A stretch of DNA of 38,478 nt from an uncultured Chlamydiae bacterium (GTDB lineage: Bacteria > Chlamydiota > Chlamydiia > Chlamydiales > Rhabdochlamydiaceae). Below are positions 1 to 8,773 of the stretch, one piece after another. Each line of letters opens with the position of its first letter. Positions within the stretch are counted from its first letter, which is position 1. The stretch covers positions 1 through 38,478 of the forward strand of contig CAMFJP010000001.1 in NCBI GenBank assembly GCA_945957075.1, written 5' to 3'. The notes under the pieces are model-generated. The model was not told the DNA's origin and searched no databases. It saw nothing but the letters and a program-made list of their open reading frames with translations. Made by a program: the position numbers and the translations under genes.

Positions 1-1014
1 AGAGACAGGCTTTAGATAGTCATCATAGCTAAAGGTTGCCTTGCGGATCTTAGCTTCTAGCTTGCGGCTCTCTTCTTCCTCTACATGCTGCTCTGCTTGA
101 CGCACGAGATTAATGATGTCGCCCATTCCCAAAATGCGATCTGCCATAGAGCACGGATTGAAAATACGAAAATCTGCAGCCCGCTCCCCCACTCCTTCAA
201 ACTTAATGGGTTTACCCGTCACCTCTCGAATAGAAAGGGCAGCTCCAGCGCGCGCATCCCCATCTAGCATGGTGATAATGCTACCTGTAATCCCTACTCT
301 CTTGTCAAATTCCACAACTGTTTTTACAGCATCTTGCCCAATGGATGCGCTAGCAACAAATAAAATCTCTTGAGGATCCAGCGCGTGTTTAAGCTCTGTT
401 AGCTCTTCCATGAGCGGCTCATCGATATGCAGTCTACCTGCTGTATCAACGATCAGGACATCAGCCCCCTCTTTGCGCGCATGTTCAACTGCTTTTTTTG
501 CCACGACCTTAGGACTGCTTTCCCCAGGAAGAGAAAACACCGCAATACCCGCCCTTTCCCCTAAAGTATGGAGCTGCTCTACAGCAGCAGGTCTTTGAAG
601 ATCGCAGGCTGCCACAAGCACCTTTTTTCCATATATTTTCGATTGCAGATGTAGCGCTAGCTTTACGCATTGGGTTGTCTTTCCAGATCCCTGAAGTCCA
701 CACAAAAGCATGACAGTCGGAGACCCCTTAAACGTTAATGCCGATTCCTCTCCACCCATCCATTCGACCAACTCATCATGCAAAATTTTAATAAATTGCT
801 GAGAAGGCAGCACAGACTGTGTAACCTCTTGACCAAGCGCCTTTTTCTTAATTCGTTGAATTAGGCTGCTAACAATAGTATAATTAACATCAGCATCTAA
901 AAGAGCCAATCTCACATCGCGTACAGCATCTGCAATATTGTCTTCGCTAAGAAACTTTTGTCCTGTAAGACCTCTAACGAGGGATCTGAACTTTTCTGTA
1001 AGTGCGCCGAGCAT
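1..1014 (-). CDS. ffh: Signal recognition particle protein Ffh (SRP54), first 338 codons; the C-terminal M domain runs off the left edge
   Basis: Absent from the ORF track because no stop lies in the window. Manual minus-strand translation from ATG 1012-1014 gives MLGALTEKFRSLVRGLTGQKFLSEDNIADAVRDVRLALLDADVN... It carries GLQGSGKTT, DTAGR, TMLDGDARAGAALS and ADRILGMGD, which fit Ffh rather than FtsY. Confidence 0.9.
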   Translation of the reverse strand, partial: MLGALTEKFRSLVRGLTGQKFLSEDNIADAVRDVRLALLDADVNYTIVSSLIQRIKKKALGQEVTQSVLPSQQFIKILHDELVEWMGGEESALTFKGSPTVMLLCGLQGSGKTTQCVKLALHLQSKIYGKKVLVAACDLQRPAAVEQLHTLGERAGIAVFSLPGESSPKVVAKKAVEHARKEGADVLIVDTAGRLHIDEPLMEELTELKHALDPQEILFVASASIGQDAVKTVVEFDKRVGITGSIITMLDGDARAGAALSIREVTGKPIKFEGVGERAADFRIFNPCSMADRILGMGDIINLVRQAEQHVEEEESRKLEAKIRKATFSYDDYLKPVS

Positions 1015-1022
1015 ATCCTTTC

Positions 1023-1898
1023 CTATTCAGAACAGGTTACTTGGAAAAAAGATTGAAATTCAAGGAAAAAAAAGCGATCATGCCCGGCAAAATCCTTTTC
1101 AAGACAAGAAGAGATCCACGCTTCAGAAGAAAAAATTTTATTTATAGCTTCTCCCTGAGAAAACCCAATCTCAAAAAAAACAAGAGCACCCGGGAAAAGA
1201 TGCTGCGGAAGATCATCTGCGAGTCGCTTATATATTTCAAGGCCACTTGTTCCACCCATTAAAGCAAGCTTGGGCTCAAAATCACGCAAAGAGCTATCAG
1301 CAGCTCTATACTCTTCTGCAGAAAGATAGGGAGGGTTACAGACGAAAAAGTCTGCCTTTTGTCCTATAAAAGGATCTAAAAGATCTCCATGGATATATTC
1401 TACACAAGCCCCCAAACGGGCTCCATTTTCTTTTGCAAGATCTAAAGCTTCTTCCGAAAGATCGGATAACACAACATGGAGATCTGGAAAGATTTTTTTT
1501 AAAGAAAGCCCTAAACACCCAGATCCTGAGCAAACATCCCACAGCACTTTTCCTTTAAGATCAAGCTGAGCCAGCCGTTTGCATATCTTATCCAAAAGAA
1601 TTTCTGTTTCTTGCCTTGGAATCAAAGCACGTTTATCAACGCGAAATCGCTCTTTAAAAAAAAAGACCTCACCTATCACATATTCTACAGGCTCCTTGCG
1701 CCCAAGACGTGCAAGCAGCGGCCTGTATTCTGCAAGCTCTTTTTCCGAAAAGGGATAATCCCACTTAAGATATAAATCCATACGCGCACAGCCAAGAACG
1801 TGAGCCAAAATGTTTTCAGAAAGAAAACGTCCCCTTTCCACCCCACGCTCTTTGAGATAGTGGGAGGAAAGCGTTAAAACCTCACCCAGCGTCTTCAT
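1023..1898 (-). CDS. prmC: Release-factor glutamine N5-methyltransferase PrmC/HemK
   Basis: ORF 1023..1955 begins at a TTG. ATG at 1898 (MKTLGEVL...) is the more likely start. SAM motif [10 protein letters not shown] and catalytic NPPY (FFVCNPPYL). Lies directly downstream of prfA with a 17-nt overlap. Confidence 0.9.
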   Translation of the reverse strand: MKTLGEVLTLSSHYLKERGVERGRFLSENILAHVLGCARMDLYLKWDYPFSEKELAEYRPLLARLGRKEPVEYVIGEVFFFKERFRVDKRALIPRQETEILLDKICKRLAQLDLKGKVLWDVCSGSGCLGLSLKKIFPDLHVVLSDLSEEALDLAKENGARLGACVEYIHGDLLDPFIGQKADFFVCNPPYLSAEEYRAADSSLRDFEPKLALMGGTSGLEIYKRLADDLPQHLFPGALVFFEIGFSQGEAINKIFSSEAWISSCLEKDFAGHDRFFFLEFQSFFQVTCSE

Positions 1899-2961
1899 GA
1901 GAGGAAAGTTTTTGTTGATAAAAATAAGAAACAAGCGCCTCTGTAAAATCGGCAAGATACCCTTCCATAACGCGCTCTAAATTATACAACGTAAGACCAA
2001 TGCGATGATCTGTTACCCTGTTCTGGGGAAAATTATACGTACGGATGCGTTCCGATCTATCACCAGATCCCACCTGAGAAGATCTTAGATCTGCCATCTC
2101 TTGCTGCTGTTTTCGCTGCTTTTCTTCCACAAGTTTTGCGGCAAGAAGGCGCATCGCTTTTTCTTTGTTTTTGTGCTGACTTCTTTCCTCTTGGCAATAA
2201 ACGACAGTACCTGTTGGTACGTGGGTAATACGGACTGCGGAGTCTGTGGTATTGACGTGCTGCCCTCCAGCACCCGAAGCTCTATACGTATCTATCTTCA
2301 GCTCTCGCTCATCAAGGATGAGTTTTTCTTGTTCGCCAGGTTCTACAAGAACAGCTACCGTGACGGCTGAAGTATGAATCCTTCCTTGCGCCTCTGTCTT
2401 CGGAACCCTTTGCACGCGATGAGTGCCCGCCTCATATTGCATCAAACGAAAGACATTCTGCCCAGACAGAACCATCACATATTCCTTGAACCCACCCATC
2501 TCAGAGGGAGTACAAGACAAAAGCTCATATTTCCATCCTTGCATATCGGCATAACCCTTATACATGCGTATGCAATCGCCCACAAAAAGAGCAGCCTCAT
2601 CTCCACCTGTTCCAGCGCGCACCTCTAAAATAATGTTACGACTATCTCGTGGATCTGGAGGAACAAGGAGCCTCTCCAGCTGCGTGCGCAAAGCAGCCTG
2701 TTCTCCCTGTAAATTGGAAATCTCTTCTTTGATAATCTCTAGAAATTGGGAATCTTTTTCTGTTTTTGCAAGCTCTTCGCTCTCTGCAAGCTGTTTAGAA
2801 GTGGAAACGTAGCGATCGTTTACCTCTTTTAGCTCTGAAAGATAGGCGTGCTCTTCCGTGACTGCACGATATCTCTTTTGATCCGCAAGCAGATCGGGCT
2901 CTCCTAAAAGAACCTCTAATTCAGCAAGCCTGCCTAGCAACTTGCGGATCCTAGATTCCAT
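1882..2961 (-). CDS. prfA: Peptide chain release factor 1
   Basis: 359 aa with the GGQ motif ([19 protein letters not shown]) and an RF1-type tripeptide region (VQRVPKTE). Confidence 0.95.
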   Translation of the reverse strand: MESRIRKLLGRLAELEVLLGEPDLLADQKRYRAVTEEHAYLSELKEVNDRYVSTSKQLAESEELAKTEKDSQFLEIIKEEISNLQGEQAALRTQLERLLVPPDPRDSRNIILEVRAGTGGDEAALFVGDCIRMYKGYADMQGWKYELLSCTPSEMGGFKEYVMVLSGQNVFRLMQYEAGTHRVQRVPKTEAQGRIHTSAVTVAVLVEPGEQEKLILDERELKIDTYRASGAGGQHVNTTDSAVRITHVPTGTVVYCQEERSQHKNKEKAMRLLAAKLVEEKQRKQQQEMADLRSSQVGSGDRSERIRTYNFPQNRVTDHRIGLTLYNLERVMEGYLADFTEALVSYFYQQKLSSHEDAG

Positions 2962-2967
2962 ACAATA

Positions 2968-3267
2968 TTACTTTTTTTTCTTTTTCGGCTTTTTTTCGAC
3001 AGCTACAGGTTTTGGCGCTGCAGCGGTCTTTGCAGCATAACGCTTGTTAAATTTATCCACGCGCCCTTCGGAGTCAATAAACTGCTTGCTTTTGGTAAAG
3101 AAAGGGTGAGAAGCAGAAGATACAGGAACCTTGAAAACAGGATACTGCTTCCCTTCAAACGTCTCTGTTTCTTTTGGTTGCAATGTAGTTCCGCACACAA
3201 ATTTAAACCCTGTTGATGAATCGACAAACAATACATCTTGATATGCAGGGTGACCACTTTTTTTCAT
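2968..3267 (-). CDS. rpmE2: 50S ribosomal protein L31, type B (no zinc CxxC pair)
   Basis: [23 protein letters not shown]... with a Lys-rich tail; typical L31 type B length and N-terminus. Confidence 0.88.
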   Translation of the reverse strand: MKKSGHPAYQDVLFVDSSTGFKFVCGTTLQPKETETFEGKQYPVFKVPVSSASHPFFTKSKQFIDSEGRVDKFNKRYAAKTAAAPKPVAVEKKPKKKKK

Positions 3268-3321
3268 AAGACACCTCTTTAAATTCGTAAGAAGAAAGTA
3301 GAAGCTATCTTCGTATAAAAT

Positions 3322-3534
3322 TCAAGCTCTTTCTTGCGCGCAAAAAGCTGCATACGCCGTCCGAATTCCAGCAAGAACCCCCTCCTCATAACGAAAATAG
3401 GGATTTAGCTCCAGCTCTGGAAAATCGTTAGGTTGGAGCAAATCATCTGCCGTCACATGGCCTACAATCCGCCGTGCTGTTTTAAAAATCACCTTTTCTT
3501 GAGCATCAATTAGTTCTTTGAATACTGTGTGCAC
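3322..3534 (-). CDS. Small hypothetical protein (~56-70 aa); start uncertain
   Basis: The 5' part of ORF 3322..3615 overlaps tadA. Candidate starts are GTG 3534 (VHTVFKELIDAQEK...) or GTG 3492. It fills the 238-nt gap between tadA and rpmE2 on the same strand. No family recognised. Confidence 0.35.
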   Translation of the reverse strand: MHTVFKELIDAQEKVIFKTARRIVGHVTADDLLQPNDFPELELNPYFRYEEGVLAGIRTAYAAFCAQERA

Positions 3535-3982
3535 ATCTCCCCCTTTGTTTTTGAAAAAACAGTCGCATTTTTTCACTAGAAAGCTCAGACAACACATGTG
3601 TACGCACCTCAACACGATGCGTTGGATGCTTTAAAGAAAAAACATCTACCCAACTACCATTTGCTCCATGCCGCGTATCGGGAGCACCCCATACAAGACA
3701 AGAAACCCTAGATAAAAAAAGAGCCCCTGCACACAACGTACACGGCTCCAACGTGGTATAAAGCGTGGTTCCTACAAGACGCCAATTATTTAATTGACGC
3801 ATCCCCTCTCTTAAACAAAGAATTTCCGCATGTGCTGTTGCATCTTGACACGTTTCAACTAAATTATGCGCTCTTGCGATTATTTTTCCCTCGCGCACCA
3901 AAACGGCACCAACCGGCACCTCTCCCTTAAGAAAAGCCTTATCAGCCTCCTCTAAGGCCTCTTTCATATATAGTTCATCCAT
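3506..3982 (-). CDS. tadA: tRNA-specific adenosine deaminase TadA
   Basis: CMP/dCMP deaminase zinc motifs HAE (TAHAEILCL) and PCxxC (EPCTLCAGAL); 158 aa. Confidence 0.9.
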   Translation of the reverse strand: MDELYMKEALEEADKAFLKGEVPVGAVLVREGKIIARAHNLVETCQDATAHAEILCLREGMRQLNNWRLVGTTLYTTLEPCTLCAGALFLSRVSCLVWGAPDTRHGANGSWVDVFSLKHPTHRVEVRTHVLSELSSEKMRLFFQKQRGRCAHSIQRTN

Positions 3983-4024
3983 AAGGAAAACAACTCTAGC
4001 AAAGCCCTAACCAAAAAAGCAAGA

Positions 4025-4053
4025 TTGCTTAGTTAATACGGGTATGATAGAAT
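4025..4053 (+). promoter_or_regulatory. Candidate sigma70-type promoter of rpsO-pnp
   Basis: TTGCTT (4025-4030), 17-nt spacer, TAGAAT (4048-4053). AGGAG at 4096-4100 lies 9 nt before ATG 4110. Confidence 0.5.
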
Positions 4054-4109
4054 GGGACTAGTATTTTGCAATTTTTACTTACCTAATTTCTAATCAGGAG
4101 ACAAGGATC

Positions 4110-4379
4110 ATGTCTTTAGACAAAGGCACGAAAGAAGAGATCACTAAAAAATTTCAGTTACACGAAAAAGACACAGGTTCTGCAGACGTTCAAATCGCGA
4201 TTTTAACAGAAAGAATCACAGAGCTTACAGAGCATTTGGAAGCGGCCCCAGAGGACCACAGCTCCAGACTAGCTCTTCTTAGACTTGTGGGACAAAGACG
4301 CAAACTACTAGATTATTTAAATTCTACAGACACAAAACGGTATCAAAGCCTGATTGCCCGTCTGAATTTGCGCAAGTAA
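4110..4379 (+). CDS. rpsO: 30S ribosomal protein S15
   Basis: 89 aa, ...[21 protein letters not shown]...; canonical S15, upstream of pnp. Confidence 0.97.
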   Translation: MSLDKGTKEEITKKFQLHEKDTGSADVQIAILTERITELTEHLEAAPEDHSSRLALLRLVGQRRKLLDYLNSTDTKRYQSLIARLNLRK

Positions 4380-4454
4380 TTTTAAAGACGACTGCACAGA
4401 TCTGCAATCAAACGTCTACAACTCAATACTACTCTTAGGAGCTCGAAGTTATTC

Positions 4455-6566
4455 ATGAAACGTTCGCACACTACTGTATCCGTCGGGGGCAAGAACCTCG
4501 TTTTTGAAACGGGAAAGATCGCAAGACAGGCTCATGGCGCTGTCCTCGTGCGCTCTGGAGACACCATCGTAATGGCGACTGCATGCGCAGCTCCGAAGCC
4601 AGAAGAGAATGTAGACTTTCTTCCTCTACGCGTTGACTACCAAGAAAAATTTTCTTCTGCAGGAAAGACGCTAGGGGGATTTATCAAAAGAGAGGGAAGA
4701 CCCTCTGAAAAGGAAATCCTTACTTCAAGACTCATCGACAGGCCACTGCGCCCCATGTTTGAAGAAGGATACTATAACGAAGTGCAGGTCCTTGCCTATG
4801 TTTTATCTTATGATGGGCAACACTCTCCAGATCCTTTGGCTATTTGCGCCGCATCTGCGGCCCTGTGCATTTCAGAAATTCCACTCGTAAAGCCTATAGG
4901 CGCTGTACGCGTTGGTTTGATTCACGACGCTTTTGTCATCAATCCAACCGTAGAAGAGCAAAGTCGCTCTAGACTCGATCTAATTCTTGCTGGCACAGAA
5001 GATGCGATCCTGATGATTGAGGGCTACGCCGACTTTTTAACAGAAGAACAAGTTCTCCAGGCCGTACAAGAAGGACAGACTGCCATCCGTAGCATCTGCT
5101 TTGCCCTAAAAGACTGGCAAGATGCCATCGGAAAACCAAAAAATCGCAAAGACCTCCACGTTATTCCAAAGCAACTGCCTCATGAAATAGACAACCTATA
5201 CGCAGAAGAATTGCGAAAAGCTTTTGACATCAAAGAAAAGCTAGACAGAGAATCTGCTCTCCAAACAATTGAAGACAAAGTCTCTCTCCATTTCTTCCCT
5301 GAAGGGGGCGAGCCCGTCTATACAAAAAAAGATGTTGCCGCCGCTTTTAAAGAAGCTAAGGCCAGAGTACTGCGCCATATGATTCTAAAAGAAAATAGAC
5401 GCAGTGATGGAAGAGCATGCGACCATATTCGCGCTATCGATATTGAACTCGACTTGCTACCAAGAACTCACGGCAGCGCTCTATTTACACGAGGAGAAAC
5501 TCAATCTCTTGCTGTTTGTACTCTCGGCAGCGAAACGATGGGACAACGCTACGAAACGCTAGACGAAGACAGTAGCCGCAGATTTTACCTGCAATACTCA
5601 TTCCCTCCTTTTTCCGTTGGAGAGGTTGGGCGCATAGGATCCCCTGGAAGAAGAGAGGTCGGCCACGGCAAACTTGCCGAACGCGCTCTGACTGCAATTG
5701 TTCCAGGCCAAGAAATGTTTCCTTACGTTATCCGACTCGAGTCGAATATCACAGAATCCAACGGCTCTTCATCAATGGCCTCTGTATGCGGTGGATGCCT
5801 TGCCCTTATGGCAGCAGGCGTACCTATTAAACGACCTGTTGCCGGGATTGCAATGGGCTTGATTTTAGAGGGTGACAACTACGCCATCCTTTCCGATATT
5901 CTCGGAGCCGAGGATGCCCTTGGCGACATGGATTTCAAAATCACAGGGGATGCCCATGGAATCACAGCATTCCAACTCGATATCAAAATTGAGGGTATTA
6001 CACCCCATATTATGCGTGTAGCGCTGGCTCAAGCAAAACAAGGTCTTGTACATATCCTTAATAAAATGGTTGAGGCATGTCCAAAACCAAAAGAGCATCT
6101 ATCGATCTATGCCCCACGCATCGACACTATTCGGGTAAAACCAAGTAAAATTGGAACCATCATAGGCCCCTCAGGGAAACAGATACGTGCAATCGTTGAA
6201 AAAACGGGAGCGCAAATTGACATCGATGATAGCGGCCTTGTCAGCATTTCAGCAACAACCGCAGAAAGCATGGATTTAGCAAAACAAATCATCCATGATC
6301 TTACTGCGGAAGTCGAAATCGGCAAAACATATAGAGGCAAGATCGTCTCTATTGTTCCATTTGGTGCGTTTGTAGAAATATTTGGAAAAGAGGGGCTGTG
6401 CCATATTTCCGAACTCTCCCATACACGCATTCAAAACGTACAAGATGTATGCAAAGAGGGAGATATGCTAGACGTAAAGGTCATCGACATCGATGATCGT
6501 GGTAAAATTCGTTTAAGCCATAAAGCACTACTACCACCTCCTCAGCGTGCAGAAACGCCTCGATGA
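4455..6566 (+). CDS. pnp: Polyribonucleotide nucleotidyltransferase (PNPase)
   Basis: 703 aa with two RNase PH-like halves, then KH (IGPSGKQIRAIVEKTGA) and S1 (GKIVSIVPFGAFVEI) domains. AGGAG precedes the ATG. Confidence 0.97.
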   Translation: MKRSHTTVSVGGKNLVFETGKIARQAHGAVLVRSGDTIVMATACAAPKPEENVDFLPLRVDYQEKFSSAGKTLGGFIKREGRPSEKEILTSRLIDRPLRPMFEEGYYNEVQVLAYVLSYDGQHSPDPLAICAASAALCISEIPLVKPIGAVRVGLIHDAFVINPTVEEQSRSRLDLILAGTEDAILMIEGYADFLTEEQVLQAVQEGQTAIRSICFALKDWQDAIGKPKNRKDLHVIPKQLPHEIDNLYAEELRKAFDIKEKLDRESALQTIEDKVSLHFFPEGGEPVYTKKDVAAAFKEAKARVLRHMILKENRRSDGRACDHIRAIDIELDLLPRTHGSALFTRGETQSLAVCTLGSETMGQRYETLDEDSSRRFYLQYSFPPFSVGEVGRIGSPGRREVGHGKLAERALTAIVPGQEMFPYVIRLESNITESNGSSSMASVCGGCLALMAAGVPIKRPVAGIAMGLILEGDNYAILSDILGAEDALGDMDFKITGDAHGITAFQLDIKIEGITPHIMRVALAQAKQGLVHILNKMVEACPKPKEHLSIYAPRIDTIRVKPSKIGTIIGPSGKQIRAIVEKTGAQIDIDDSGLVSISATTAESMDLAKQIIHDLTAEVEIGKTYRGKIVSIVPFGAFVEIFGKEGLCHISELSHTRIQNVQDVCKEGDMLDVKVIDIDDRGKIRLSHKALLPPPQRAETPR

Positions 6567-7432
6567 AAGGGATCGTCCTTGCAGGCGGTCTGGGCTCTCG
6601 CCTCTATCCAATTACAATGGGCACATGCAAACAGCTGGTGCCCATTTACGATAAACCCATGATCTACTACCCTCTTGCTACGCTGATGTTAGCTGGCATT
6701 CGAGAAATTTTACTTATCGCAACCCCTGAAGACATTCCAAAATTTTACAACCTGCTCCGCGACGGATCCCATCTGGGCCTCTCTCTTACGTATAAAGAGC
6801 AATCAAGCCCAAAAGGAATTGCAGAGGCTTTTATTATTGGAAAAGCATTCATTGCCAATCAACCCGTAGCTCTTATTCTTGGAGATAATTTCTTTTATGG
6901 ACATAAGCTACAAGATATTTTACAAAAATCAACCAAATTGAGCTCAGGGGCCCAGATCTTTGGCTACATTGTAAAAGACCCCTCCCAGTATGGAGTACTG
7001 GCGTTTGATCAAGACAATAGCCTGATCGATATTATAGAAAAACCACTATCCCCGCCTTCACCTTATGCGGTACCCGGCCTGTATTTTTACGACGGCTCTG
7101 TTGTAGACATTGCCAAATCCCTCCGGCCGTCGCTGCGTGGCGAACTGGAAATTACAGATATAAACAAAGTCTATCTAAAAAAAGAAGCTCTCTCTGCACA
7201 CCTTTTTGATAGAGGACTTACTTGGCTCGACACCGGAACACCAAAAGCTCTGCAACAAGCAGCCTCCTACGTCGAAGCCATCCAAGAACGGCAAGGCACT
7301 TATATCGCCTGCATCGAAGAAATTGCCTACGCCCAAGGATTTATAAACCACACTCAATTCCAGACCCTTGCACACTCTCTACCAAACAGCCCTTATGGAC
7401 ACTACGTCAAATCCATTGCACAAAAACCATAA
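6563..7432 (+). CDS. rfbA: Glucose-1-phosphate thymidylyltransferase (RmlA/RfbA-type sugar nucleotidyltransferase)
   Basis: MKGIVLAGGLGSRLYPITMGTCKQLVPIYDKPMIYYPL is the RmlA N-terminal signature; 289 aa. The ATG overlaps the pnp stop (ATGA). Confidence 0.85.
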   Translation: MKGIVLAGGLGSRLYPITMGTCKQLVPIYDKPMIYYPLATLMLAGIREILLIATPEDIPKFYNLLRDGSHLGLSLTYKEQSSPKGIAEAFIIGKAFIANQPVALILGDNFFYGHKLQDILQKSTKLSSGAQIFGYIVKDPSQYGVLAFDQDNSLIDIIEKPLSPPSPYAVPGLYFYDGSVVDIAKSLRPSLRGELEITDINKVYLKKEALSAHLFDRGLTWLDTGTPKALQQAASYVEAIQERQGTYIACIEEIAYAQGFINHTQFQTLAHSLPNSPYGHYVKSIAQKP

Positions 7433-7495
7433 ACCACAAGCGATATCATCTTGCGTTCGAAGGTTTTCGGCGCTTGAACAGGCTCAAATACGAGT

Positions 7496-7705
7496 CTATA
7501 TTAAAGGGTCGTTACCGCCAACGCTCCAAGGGCCGCAGCGGACAAGACGTTTTAAAGTAAGCAGCACACCTTTGAAAAAACCATATTTAACAAATGCTAA
7601 ACGGCTGTATTCTGAACAACTGGGATGAAAGCGGCAACAATTTCCTAAAAAAGGAGAAAGACACAGCTGATAGAAGCGAATAAGTAAAATAGCGATTTGT
7701 TTCAT
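7496..7705 (-). CDS. yidD: Membrane protein insertion efficiency factor YidD
   Basis: 69 aa with the conserved CRFHPSCSEYS core; 4-nt overlap with the upstream LysM gene. Confidence 0.9.
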   Translation of the reverse strand: MKQIAILLIRFYQLCLSPFLGNCCRFHPSCSEYSRLAFVKYGFFKGVLLTLKRLVRCGPWSVGGNDPLI

Positions 7706-8718
7706 TGGGGTATCTTTAAGGTTCTACCAGGGCGGATGCGCTCTGTTTCTAGTTGATTATACTCCATAAGTCTATGTACTGTTGTGTGATATTTACGTGC
7801 AATTTTCCATAAATTTTCTCCATTTTCTATTATGTGGACACGCTCTTTCACCTCTTGCATCACAGTAAATTCTTTACGAGGAGCGTCAATGGAGCGCGGG
7901 GAGCGCAAAAGGGCCTCTTTAAACGCTTCATCAACCACAATAAGATCCATTAACTTTCCTATATCCTCATTACTAAAACGGCGAAGAACATAGTCTCTAT
8001 CGATCTCTATAAAAATTTTTGCAGAGAATCTAGAGCCAGACCTGAGATAGCGCAAAAGAAAAATCCGCCTACCCTCGATCCCCTCTTCAACACCATTTAA
8101 AAATGCGTACTCCCCCTCCATAATCAAAGATAATAACATATTCATATGAAGAGGCGCTCCGGATCGATCAAACAACAAAGCTATTTTTTGAACCTCAGGA
8201 GTTATGGAAAAAGCAGCCAAAAGAGAGGGATCAAAGCCTGGGAGCTGTTTTTTTATCCTTAAAAATAAGCCCTCTGAAGTAAATGGCCACCTTTCCTCTG
8301 CAATAAATTGCAAAATCTGCGCATAATGCCTATCTTCAAGAAAAGGAAATAGCACACACTCAGAGTTCTCTGTTTTAAATAAACAGCGCTCTGTAACTGC
8401 ACCTGCAAGAGCCTTCTCTATATTAAAATGATGGAAAGAAACAAGGGCTGCAAGCGCTAAATCCCGCTTTGTATATCCATATTCCATAAGCTCTTTACTC
8501 TGTAAATTGGATACTAGTTCTGTATAAGGCAAAAGAGAAAAGCGGGCGATGATATCTGCATTCGTTTCCCCTATGTGCTCTACAGAACTTGTGTGGCATG
8601 TGGGTTCGGTATACTCCCCTGTCTCCACAAACGTCAAATAAACGCACAAAGCAAAAAGCACTAGATTAAGACAACCACTCACTATAAGGCACAGGTATAT
8701 TTTTCTTTTCTCGAGCAT
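7702..8718 (-). CDS. Membrane-anchored protein with C-terminal LysM domain
   Basis: N-terminal TM segment (IYLCLIVSGCLNLVLFALCVYL). C-terminal LysM (HIIENGENLWKIARKYHTTVHRLMEYNQL...PGRTLKIP). The central region is unassigned. Confidence 0.7.
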   Translation of the reverse strand: MLEKRKIYLCLIVSGCLNLVLFALCVYLTFVETGEYTEPTCHTSSVEHIGETNADIIARFSLLPYTELVSNLQSKELMEYGYTKRDLALAALVSFHHFNIEKALAGAVTERCLFKTENSECVLFPFLEDRHYAQILQFIAEERWPFTSEGLFLRIKKQLPGFDPSLLAAFSITPEVQKIALLFDRSGAPLHMNMLLSLIMEGEYAFLNGVEEGIEGRRIFLLRYLRSGSRFSAKIFIEIDRDYVLRRFSNEDIGKLMDLIVVDEAFKEALLRSPRSIDAPRKEFTVMQEVKERVHIIENGENLWKIARKYHTTVHRLMEYNQLETERIRPGRTLKIPQ

Positions 8719-8773
8719 GAGACTCTGCTATATTGATAAACCTAAAGCAACTATACCCACTATTTACATTATC

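Noticed and set aside
85-1262. Plus-strand ORFs 85..267, 113..373, 410..598, 938..1147 and 1002..1262, and minus-strand ORF 509..703
   Set aside because: All lie antisense to, or out of frame with, the well-supported ffh and prmC reading frames. Their translations are low-complexity with no recognisable motifs.
4380-4454. Possible RNase III-type hairpin between rpsO and pnp (AGACG...CGTCT with inner TGCA...TGCA)
   Set aside because: Only 4-5 bp stems with a large loop can be drawn, which is too weak to claim a processing site from sequence alone.
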